Notes under the pieces: generated by a model | Database searches by the model: none | The model's input: the letters and a program-made list of their open reading frames with translations, nothing else | Told to the model about the DNA's origin: nothing | Shown here: one piece after another, positions 36,032 to 42,330 of the stretch | How positions within the stretch are numbered: the first letter of the stretch is position 1 | How the letters are laid out: every line of letters starts with the position of its first letter | Translations under genes and position numbers: made by a program | NCBI GenBank assembly: GCA_964444075.1 | Contig: CAYUFF010000001.1 | Span: 1-42,330 of the forward strand | DNA length: 42,330 bases | Reading direction: 5' to 3' | DNA from: an uncultured archaeon | GTDB lineage: Archaea > Aenigmatarchaeota > Aenigmatarchaeia > CG10238-14 > SCSR01

Positions 36032-36559
36032 ATGTTCGTGAAGGAGGTGAAGATTCCCGAAGGAGTCAGCGTTTCGTTGGAAGGTAGGTCCACGGTCAAG
36101 GTGGAGGGCCCAAAGGGTGCGCTACGCAGGTCCTTCAACCTTCTGCCCTCGGTGAGGATAGAAGTCTCCGACGGGAAGGTAAGGGTCCTCTCGGACGTCG
36201 AGAGGAGAAAGGTGAAGGCGCTCGTCGGGACCGTAGCAGCGCACGTGAGGAACATGATAAAGGGCGTCACTGAGGGCCACACCTACAGGCTGAAGGTTTG
36301 CTTCGCCCACTTCCCGATGAGGGTGGAGGTCAAGGGCGATAGGGTGCTAATCCATAATTTCCTCGGAGAAAAAACGCCGAGGGTTGCGAAGGTCGTCGAG
36401 GGTGTGGAGGTCAAGGTGGAGGGGCAGGACGTGGTGGTCAGCGGGGTCGACGTGGAAGCCGTCGGCACCACCGCTAGCAACATAGAGCAGGCCTGCAGGG
36501 TCGTGGGGTACGACAGGAGGAGGTTCCCGGACGGCATCTACATTTACAAGAAGGAGTAA
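36032..36559 (+). CDS. rpl6: 50S ribosomal protein L6 (uL6)
   Basis: Two-domain uL6 pattern 'VKIPEGVSVSLEGRSTVKVEGPKG...' and 'GHTYRLKVCFAHFPMRVEVKGDRVLIHNFLGEK'. Position after S8. Confidence 0.85.
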   Translation: MFVKEVKIPEGVSVSLEGRSTVKVEGPKGALRRSFNLLPSVRIEVSDGKVRVLSDVERRKVKALVGTVAAHVRNMIKGVTEGHTYRLKVCFAHFPMRVEVKGDRVLIHNFLGEKTPRVAKVVEGVEVKVEGQDVVVSGVDVEAVGTTASNIEQACRVVGYDRRRFPDGIYIYKKE

Positions 36560-36569
36560 GGTCTGTCCG

Positions 36570-37403
36570 ATGAGAAGGGAACCGAAAAGGGTGGTGGCGT
36601 TCCTTCTCCTCTCCCAGCTGCTTTCCGTACTTTTCACGCTCAAGCTCCTCTCGTTGAACCTAATCCCAGAACCCTACCAGCCGTTCGGGAACCGCGACGT
36701 CGCGCAAGCCTCCGCGAACTCCTTGGCCTTCCTCTCAATGGTTCTGGTAGCGACGTTCGTTTTCCTCATCTTCCTCACGAAGCTGAAGTTCCTCCTGAAG
36801 CATTTCGTCTCCCTCGTCTCGGTATCCGCGTTCTTCCTCCTCAACTCCCTCTACCTTCCCGCAACCCTCGGTCTTTCGAACGGCATTGTCCTAACAACCG
36901 CCCTTACCCTCCTCCTTGGCTACGCGCTAGTAAAGTCGATTACTCCGGTAGTCGTCTTCTCCGCGCTCCTGGTTTCCGCCGAGGTCGGCAGCTACCTCTC
37001 CTTGGCGCTGCGCCCGCCGACGCTTGTGGTATTCCCTGCCGTGTTCGCGCTCTACGACGCAGTGTCCGTCTTCAGGGGTCCGCTCGGGAAGTTGATCAAA
37101 CTCCTCAGGCCGCGCGGCAGAGCGAGGGGGGTGGCGAAGCCGTCGCCGGCCCTGGGAATTTTCCTCGTCCCCCTCGGCGGCTTCTCCGTCGGAACCGGAG
37201 ACTTGGTTTTTTCCTCTTTTTTCGCCTCGGCCGCCGCAGTCGTCGGCGGGTTGCCCTGCCTATTCCTCACCCTCTTGGCGACGAACGCAGGTTTTTTCCT
37301 TACGCTGAGGCTCGTGGAGAAGTACAAGAGGCCGTTGCCGGCCCTTCCGCTACCAACCCTTTTCTGGCTACTAGTCGTTGCTGCGTTCTACTCCTTCCGC
37401 TGA
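36570..37403 (+). CDS. Presenilin/signal-peptide-peptidase-like GxGD intramembrane aspartyl protease (archaeal PSH/SPP homolog)
   Basis: Polytopic membrane protein with 'FALYDAVSVF' (YD), 'LGGFSVGTGDLVFSS' (GxGD) and C-terminal 'KRPLPALPLP' (PAL). These are the three hallmark motifs, in the canonical order and spacing. Confidence 0.65.
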   Translation: MRREPKRVVAFLLLSQLLSVLFTLKLLSLNLIPEPYQPFGNRDVAQASANSLAFLSMVLVATFVFLIFLTKLKFLLKHFVSLVSVSAFFLLNSLYLPATLGLSNGIVLTTALTLLLGYALVKSITPVVVFSALLVSAEVGSYLSLALRPPTLVVFPAVFALYDAVSVFRGPLGKLIKLLRPRGRARGVAKPSPALGIFLVPLGGFSVGTGDLVFSSFFASAAAVVGGLPCLFLTLLATNAGFFLTLRLVEKYKRPLPALPLPTLFWLLVVAAFYSFR

Positions 37404-37512
37404 AGCGTACTAGCACGTTTTCCCGGTGTTGCCTTACACAAAGGATGAAAGCCGAAACCGCGGCTTCCCTCGAAACGAAATTTTTAAGTTTTTTACTTCC
37501 CTCCTTACCCAT

Positions 37513-38223
37513 ATGGAAACGAAACTCACGTTCAAGGTCATAGAGGAAGGTGAGGACGATAAGATCTTTCAAAAAGAAATAGTGGGTAAAGCTGATTTAA
37601 TCGTCGAAGGTGGGGCTGGAAACAACCTTGGTCCGTGTATCTGGCTGAGGCGTGCCGGCTACCGCGGACCATACGTCCGAGTCGACCCTGCGTATCCGCC
37701 CCGATTGACGGAACTCGAACTCGAGGAAGGTGTAAGGTATTGTAATCAGGGTGGAGATTGTTTTGACCTGGGGTTGGTCGAAAGCTTAATCGAAAAATTC
37801 GACTCGGAGACACCGTGTTTCTTGACGCACAAAGCCCTTTCGAACGTGCTGCTGAGAAAGTGCGAGAGGGAGGGAATTCGTCGGGTAACGAAAATCTTGA
37901 CAGAGCTTTACGAGATGCAGCTCCACATTCTACCGGCGGGTTTCGGGATAATCACCCACAAGCGCCACTACGATGAAATTTTTCGCAAGGAAAAACCAGA
38001 AGACAGGCCGCCATACGTTGAGCTTTATCCTACCGAAGATGAGAGTTGGGTCGTTGCCGTGGATGTTTTTGGCGTCGGAAACCTGGGGGAGCATCAAAAC
38101 GTTAAGACCTTTAAGGCGTTCGTCGAAGAAAGCTACAAACTGGGCTGGGATTTTTGCGTACCAAAGTACACGGGCGAATTGATGTTGATGTTGAGAAGGG
38201 ACGCGACAGAGTTGGGAAGGTAG
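37513..38223 (+). CDS. Hypothetical protein (236 aa from the ATG at 37513; the ORF is open from 37426)
   Basis: An A/T-rich 'aaatttttaagtttttt' lies upstream of the ATG at 37513. No recognizable family ('GGAGNNLGPCIWLRRAGYRGPYVRVD'). Confidence 0.45.
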   Translation: METKLTFKVIEEGEDDKIFQKEIVGKADLIVEGGAGNNLGPCIWLRRAGYRGPYVRVDPAYPPRLTELELEEGVRYCNQGGDCFDLGLVESLIEKFDSETPCFLTHKALSNVLLRKCEREGIRRVTKILTELYEMQLHILPAGFGIITHKRHYDEIFRKEKPEDRPPYVELYPTEDESWVVAVDVFGVGNLGEHQNVKTFKAFVEESYKLGWDFCVPKYTGELMLMLRRDATELGR

Positions 38224-38315
38224 GAGGAATGGAAAAAGGTTTTATTAAGACTCGCGTACTTAGGATAAATTAACTCCAGCCGCGCCGGCCGTCCTGTGGG
38301 GTTGAGGGTGGGCGC

Positions 38316-38789
38316 GTGGGCGTACAGTACGTTCCCGTGAAGTGTAAGGAATGCACGTACCTTCTCTACGACCCCTCGGAGGAGAGGGTACTCTGCCTCA
38401 AGGGGGAGAAGCCGGAGGGCTGCAGCCTCGGCCGGAAGGTAGACGACTTCCTGGGAAGCCTGCTCTCCTCCCTCGGGGTCGACGCGGACAGCACGCTCGT
38501 GAAGGGCGTGTACCCCACGCGGGAGGGTATGGGAAACTTCCTGGAGCTCCTCGCCCGCGGGAGCGCGGAAGACTACAGGAGCATGACGGAGGGCGAGCGT
38601 GAGGTTGTGGAAGTCGAAGGAACCTTCCGTCCCGCGCAGCGAGAGGACCTTCCGTTGGAGAAAAAGTACGAGGAGGTTGTGCAGGGGTTCTACGAAAGCT
38701 TCCTCAGGAGTCTGACGCCGGAGAAGGTCGAGGACGCTCAGGAAGTTAGAGTAAATCCACGACGGCCCTCAACAAGTCCGTCTTGGTGA
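38316..38789 (+). CDS. Hypothetical protein with an N-terminal Cys4 zinc-ribbon-like segment (GTG start)
   Basis: 'VKCKECTYLLYDPSEERVLCLKGEKPEGCS'. GC-rich. The 3' end overlaps a convergent CBS gene by 44 nt, so the end or even the coding status is uncertain. Confidence 0.35.
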   Translation: MGVQYVPVKCKECTYLLYDPSEERVLCLKGEKPEGCSLGRKVDDFLGSLLSSLGVDADSTLVKGVYPTREGMGNFLELLARGSAEDYRSMTEGEREVVEVEGTFRPAQREDLPLEKKYEEVVQGFYESFLRSLTPEKVEDAQEVRVNPRRPSTSPSW

Positions 38790-39540
38790 CGATCCCGACG
38801 AGCTTACCGCCCTCGTCGACCACCGGGAGCCCGCTCACCCCCTTCTCGAGCATCGTCTCGACGGCATCGCCCAGCGAGGCGGTCTTCCGGATGGTTATGA
38901 CGTCCTTGCTCATAACATCCTCGACCAAGATTTTCTTCATCCTTTCTTCCCAGTGCCTCCCCTCGACAACCTTCCTGAAAGTTCCGAGGGCCCTCGCCAC
39001 GTCCTTTTCCGTGAGCATCCCGACTATCCTTCCGTCGAGCAGGACAGGAATCCTCTTTATTTTGTTCTCGAGCATCAGCCTCCTCGCGTGGAGAAGGGTA
39101 GAGCCCACGGGGAGCGTTACGACGCCCACCTTCATCCAACCCTCTACCTTCTCTTCCCTCCCCCTCAACGCCTTGACCACGTCGGTCTTCGTTACGATCC
39201 CGACCACCCTTCCGCTTTCGTCGCGAACGACCAGGCTGCTTATACCGTTCTCGAGCATGGTCCTAGCGGCTTCCTTGACGCTTTCCTCCTGCCCGATGCA
39301 CTTGAGCCCCCTCGTGTACGCCGAGCTCACGAATATCCTCGCGTCGGAAATCCTCCTTTCCTTCCAGCTGCCCAGCCTTTTCGCCACGTCGTACTCGGTG
39401 ATTATCCCGACTATCTCTCCGCCCTTCGTTACGAGGAGTCTGGAGACTCCCTCCTCCTCCATCTTCCTCATCGCATCCCTCAAGCTCCTGTCGGCTTCTA
39501 TGGTCACGAGCTCCTCGCTCATCAACTCCTTGACCTTCAC
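38746..39540 (-). CDS. CBS-domain protein (four CBS repeats)
   Basis: Four repeats of the '..VM....v.ti....sl.dA...M.e.gis.lPVvd..g.lvGIvT..D' pattern. Confidence 0.8.
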   Translation of the reverse strand: MKVKELMSEELVTIEADRSLRDAMRKMEEEGVSRLLVTKGGEIVGIITEYDVAKRLGSWKERRISDARIFVSSAYTRGLKCIGQEESVKEAARTMLENGISSLVVRDESGRVVGIVTKTDVVKALRGREEKVEGWMKVGVVTLPVGSTLLHARRLMLENKIKRIPVLLDGRIVGMLTEKDVARALGTFRKVVEGRHWEERMKKILVEDVMSKDVITIRKTASLGDAVETMLEKGVSGLPVVDEGGKLVGIVTKTDLLRAVVDLL

Positions 39541-40358
39541 CCTACCACCGTCCTCAAGAGGTCGACATCCCTAACTATACCGCCGTCCTCTACCGCGACG
39601 CAGAACCTCCTCTCCCTCGCGAGCATGGAGGCAACCTCCCTCACCGTGGCGTCGCGCCTCACCTTGAACTCCTCGGCGACGTCTCCGACCCTGACCAGCG
39701 GGAGCGTGTGTCGGTGCTCTTCCCCAGAAAGCAGCCGTCGCTCAAGCCTCTTGCCCAACCACTTCCTCTCCTCTCCCCTCAGCGTCTCGAAGTCCGTCTC
39801 GAACCTTTTTAGAAGAAAGTCCTCGACGAATATGAGGAAGTAGAGTTCTTCGGGGAGGTAAGCGGAAAAGGGTTTTCCGTCCTTCCTTACTAGCAGGGGC
39901 TTTCCCTCCCTCACGAGGTCTACGAGCTCTTTCAGGTCGGCGTCGGCGTCCACCTCGACGTAATCGGCGGTCACGAAACCTTCCACACTCTCCTCCTCGC
40001 CGACCAGGGCGAGCAACATCCTCCTCGTGGTGTAGCCGGCGAAGGTACCCTCCTTCTCGAAGCAGAAGATTAGCCTGCCGCTCTCGACGAGCCTCCTCAC
40101 TACCTCTTCCTCGGGAGTCGCTACGTCGCCTTTCTGGACGTCCTCCTCCATCACGTGGGCCGCTGTCAAGGCCTCGGGGTCGCAGCGGTGCCTGGAGAGT
40201 ACCTCGACCACTCCCTTAGCGGTAACCGTACCGACGACCCTTCCCTCGCTGACGACGGGTAACTCAAAAAGGTGTGAGGCGTTCATCACATTCTTCACCG
40301 CCGGCAGTGGGTCGTTCTTCTCTAGGAACGGCTCCACCCTGATAAGCCTCTCGTCCAC
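39537..40358 (-). CDS. CBS-domain protein. The start is uncertain. The ORF is open to 40550 but would run through the rpl19e promoter. A GTG at 40358 or the ATG at 40286 is more likely.
   Basis: CBS repeats 'VKNVMNASHLFELPVVSEGRVVGTVT', 'AAHVMEEDVQ', 'VRVGDVAEEFKVRRDATVREVASMLARERRFCVAVEDGGIVRDVD'. ATGA overlap with the downstream CBS gene. Confidence 0.6.
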   Translation of the reverse strand: MDERLIRVEPFLEKNDPLPAVKNVMNASHLFELPVVSEGRVVGTVTAKGVVEVLSRHRCDPEALTAAHVMEEDVQKGDVATPEEEVVRRLVESGRLIFCFEKEGTFAGYTTRRMLLALVGEEESVEGFVTADYVEVDADADLKELVDLVREGKPLLVRKDGKPFSAYLPEELYFLIFVEDFLLKRFETDFETLRGEERKWLGKRLERRLLSGEEHRHTLPLVRVGDVAEEFKVRRDATVREVASMLARERRFCVAVEDGGIVRDVDLLRTVVG

Positions 40359-40413
40359 GGGCGCCCACCCCGCATCGTTTTTAAAGTTAACTTTACCTAT
40401 AATTATTGATATT

Positions 40414-40845
40414 ATGGGCGCAAATACTTTAAGGAGGCTCGCGGCGCGGGTCCTAGGAGTGGGAGAGAGTAGGGTCTGGTTCGACCCGAGCAAGAAGGAG
40501 GAGATCGAGAAAGCCGTCACCAAGGCGGACGTGAGGAGGTTGGTCCTCAAGGGCTACGTAAGAGCGCTCCCGGAAAGGAGGAGGGTGAGGGAAAGGGAAA
40601 GAAGGAGGAGGGGACCCGGCAAGAAAAAGGGTTCGAAGTACGTCAGGGTTTCGAGGAAAGAGAGGTGGATCAACACCGTGAGGCCCCTGAGGGAGATGTT
40701 GAGGGAGCTCAAGGAGGAAGGGATGCTGGACGGCAGGACTTACAGGAAGCTCTACAGGCTCGTGAAGGGCGGTATGTTCAGGAGCAGGGCGCACCTGAGG
40801 ATTTATCTCGAGCAGCACAACCTTTTGAAGGGTGAGCGAGCATGA
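40414..40845 (+). CDS. rpl19e: 50S ribosomal protein L19e (eL19)
   Basis: 'MGANTLRRLAARVLGVGESRVWFDP...' followed by an Arg/Lys-rich tail, typical of eL19. AT-rich promoter-like spacer upstream. Confidence 0.85.
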   Translation: MGANTLRRLAARVLGVGESRVWFDPSKKEEIEKAVTKADVRRLVLKGYVRALPERRRVRERERRRRGPGKKKGSKYVRVSRKERWINTVRPLREMLRELKEEGMLDGRTYRKLYRLVKGGMFRSRAHLRIYLEQHNLLKGERA

Positions 40846-41381
40846 AGCTTTCCCCCACTTTCGTGATGCCGTTCAGGAGGAGGAGGGAAGGTAAGACGAA
40901 CTACGCGAAGAGGCTGAAGCTGCTCAAGTCCGGGAAGCCTAGGCTCGTCGTGAGGAAGAGTTTGAAGTACGTGAGGGCTCAAATAATAGACTACGCTCCC
41001 GGCGGCGACAGGACCCTGGTTTCCGCCATTTCCAAGGAGTTGAGGGGGTTCGGGTGGAAGTACGCTTGCGACAACATGCCCGCGAGCTACTTGGTGGGTC
41101 TGCTGGTTGGAAAGAGGGCCCTCAAGAGGGGGATAAGGGAAGTCGTGCTCGACCTGGGTGTTTACCCTTCCACGCGAGGCTCCAGGTTGTACGCGGTAGC
41201 GAAGGGTGCGGCAGACGCGGGCCTCGGAATCCCCGTGGGAGAGGGAATGTTCCCGTCGGAAGAGAGGATAAGGGGTGAGCACATAGCTTCTTACTCAGAA
41301 AAGTTCAAGGACATGCCCGAAGTTTTTGAGACCGTCAAGAGTAGAATCTTGGGTGGTGAAAATGGTGGAGGAAAGGGCTGA
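40842..41381 (+). CDS. rpl18: 50S ribosomal protein L18 (uL18, 5S rRNA-binding)
   Basis: 'FRRRREGKTNYAKRLKLLKSGKPRLVVRKSLKYVRAQIIDY' is the canonical uL18 N-terminus. ATGA overlap with the rpl19e stop. Confidence 0.85.
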   Translation: MKLSPTFVMPFRRRREGKTNYAKRLKLLKSGKPRLVVRKSLKYVRAQIIDYAPGGDRTLVSAISKELRGFGWKYACDNMPASYLVGLLVGKRALKRGIREVVLDLGVYPSTRGSRLYAVAKGAADAGLGIPVGEGMFPSEERIRGEHIASYSEKFKDMPEVFETVKSRILGGENGGGKG

Positions 41382-42138
41382 GGAGAGCGTGGAAGAAGGA
41401 AAGGGTGAGGAGGTAGAGGAAGGTACGCAGGAGGTTGAAGAGGAAGGGGAGGCGGAGGAAATCGAAGCCGAGGAGGAAATTCCCGCTTTACCGCCTTCCC
41501 TGGAAGGGTGGACGCCAAAGACCTCTTTGGGTAGGAAGGTCGTCAGGGGTGAGATAAAGAGCATCGACGAAATCTTGGAAAACGGTCACAAGATCTTGGA
41601 GCCCGAGATCGTGGACGTTTTACTCCCAGACCTCAAGAGCGAGGTCATACTAATAGGCGGTAGGACCGGGAAGGGTGGCGGCATCCAGAGGATTCCGATA
41701 AAGATCACGGCGAAGATGACGAAGTCGGGTAGGAGGTTCAGGATGAGCGCCTTCGTCGTCGTGGGCAACGAGGACGGGGTCGTCGGAATAGGTAGCGGGA
41801 AGGCTAGGGATGCTAGGAGTGCTATCCTGAAGGCGGTGAGGAAGGCCAAGATGAACCTCATCAAGGTGAAGAGGGGCTGCGGTAGCTGGGAGTGCGGGTG
41901 CGGTACGGAGCATAGCATTCCCTACAAGACGGAGGGTAAGTGTGGGAGCGTTCGCGTGGTCCTGTACCCGGCTCCGAAGGGCGTCGGGCTCGTCGCGAAC
42001 GACGAGGCGAAGAAGCTCTTTAGGTTGGCTGGAATAAAGGACGTGTGGATGAAGGCTTTCGGCGATACCTCGACGAGGAGGAACTTGATCACGGCGGTCT
42101 ACAACGCCCTGAAAAACCTTTACGTTTACGATAGGTAG
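41362..42138 (+). CDS. rps5: 30S ribosomal protein S5 (uS5) with an unusual ~45-aa acidic N-terminal extension
   Basis: Core 'GRTGKGGGIQRIPIKITAKMTKSGRRFRMSAFVVVGNEDGVVGIGSGKARDARSAILKA...KDVWMKAFGDTSTRRNLITAVYNAL'. The ATG at 41362 is preferred over the ORF-track start at 41326. Confidence 0.85.
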   Translation: MVEERAEESVEEGKGEEVEEGTQEVEEEGEAEEIEAEEEIPALPPSLEGWTPKTSLGRKVVRGEIKSIDEILENGHKILEPEIVDVLLPDLKSEVILIGGRTGKGGGIQRIPIKITAKMTKSGRRFRMSAFVVVGNEDGVVGIGSGKARDARSAILKAVRKAKMNLIKVKRGCGSWECGCGTEHSIPYKTEGKCGSVRVVLYPAPKGVGLVANDEAKKLFRLAGIKDVWMKAFGDTSTRRNLITAVYNALKNLYVYDR

Positions 42139-42330
42139 CGTTTTAGCTCGAGTTCGCTATTTGCACGTTCTGCCGGGCAGCCTTCCGTGTTGGAAAAAAG
42201 TATAAAAATCTACGGTTCTATACCAAGCGTAGGCGGACGACGAGAAGAAGTTTCCTTGAAGGGCCGTTGTACACGGCTTCGGCCTTCGTAGGAATCGGAG
42301 AGTATACGAACCTGCCACGGCGTGGCGAAA

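Noticed and set aside
38953-39843. 296-aa + strand ORF (and 38783..39574 +) opposite the CBS genes
   Set aside because: Antisense to two CBS-domain ORFs with clear repeated domain signatures. The translations are P/S/L-rich low complexity.
40359-40550. N-terminal 64 codons of the second CBS gene ORF (to 40550)
   Set aside because: It would read through the AT-rich rpl19e promoter region and overlap the divergent rpl19e start. The first CBS repeat only begins after the GTG at 40358.
1-42330. Scan for tRNA, rRNA and CRISPR arrays in all intergenic spacers (222-500, 9736-9821, 15299-15471, 35523-35633, 38224-38315, 42139-42330)
   Set aside because: No T-arm 'GGTTCGAATCC'-like signatures, no cloverleaf-compatible acceptor stems and no short regularly spaced direct repeats were found by eye. 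The absence is reported with moderate confidence only.

Overview
This is an archaeal chromosomal segment. Arg codons are mostly AGG/AGA, intergenic regions are AT-rich with TATA-like boxes, many gene junctions overlap by 4 nt, and the ribosomal and RNA-polymerase-era genes are archaeal/eukaryotic-type (S2/Sa, aIF2-alpha, Nop10, PCNA, L19e). Taken together this suggests a (hyper)thermophilic euryarchaeon; I cannot name the organism.

Contents in order: (1) a 1384-aa signal-peptide-bearing, N-glycosylation-sequon-rich type-I membrane protein. (2) A class III anaerobic ribonucleotide reductase operon, nrdD-nrdG, with a LAGLIDADG intein inside nrdD. (3) rps2, then a PAC2-like protein, Nop10 (below the 60-aa ORF-track cutoff; found by translating the gap between the PAC2-like gene and aIF2-alpha) and aIF2-alpha. 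(4) iorBA, indolepyruvate:ferredoxin oxidoreductase. (5) A surface-glycosylation locus: an AT-rich GT4 glycosyltransferase, the AglB oligosaccharyltransferase, a KaiC-like ATPase, a 3273-aa sequon-saturated giant membrane-anchored protein built of about 95-aa Ig-like repeats, and a second KaiC-like ATPase. (6) A metallophosphoesterase. (7) A membrane proteostasis cluster: SPFH/stomatin, an M50 protease and a membrane-anchored Lon-S16 protease. (8) An agmatinase-family ureohydrolase. (9) A small SWIB-like basic protein. (10) PCNA with a coupled OB-fold ORF. (11) An HDAC-family amidohydrolase. (12) A split ribosomal-protein cluster. rps8-rpl6 is separated from rpl19e-rpl18-rps5 by about 3.8 kb encoding a presenilin/SPP-like GxGD intramembrane protease, two hypothetical proteins and two CBS-domain proteins.

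The most interesting candidate system is the giant glycoprotein bracketed by two paralogous KaiC-like ATPases next to AglB and the GT4 gene. No CRISPR arrays, tRNAs or rRNAs were seen.
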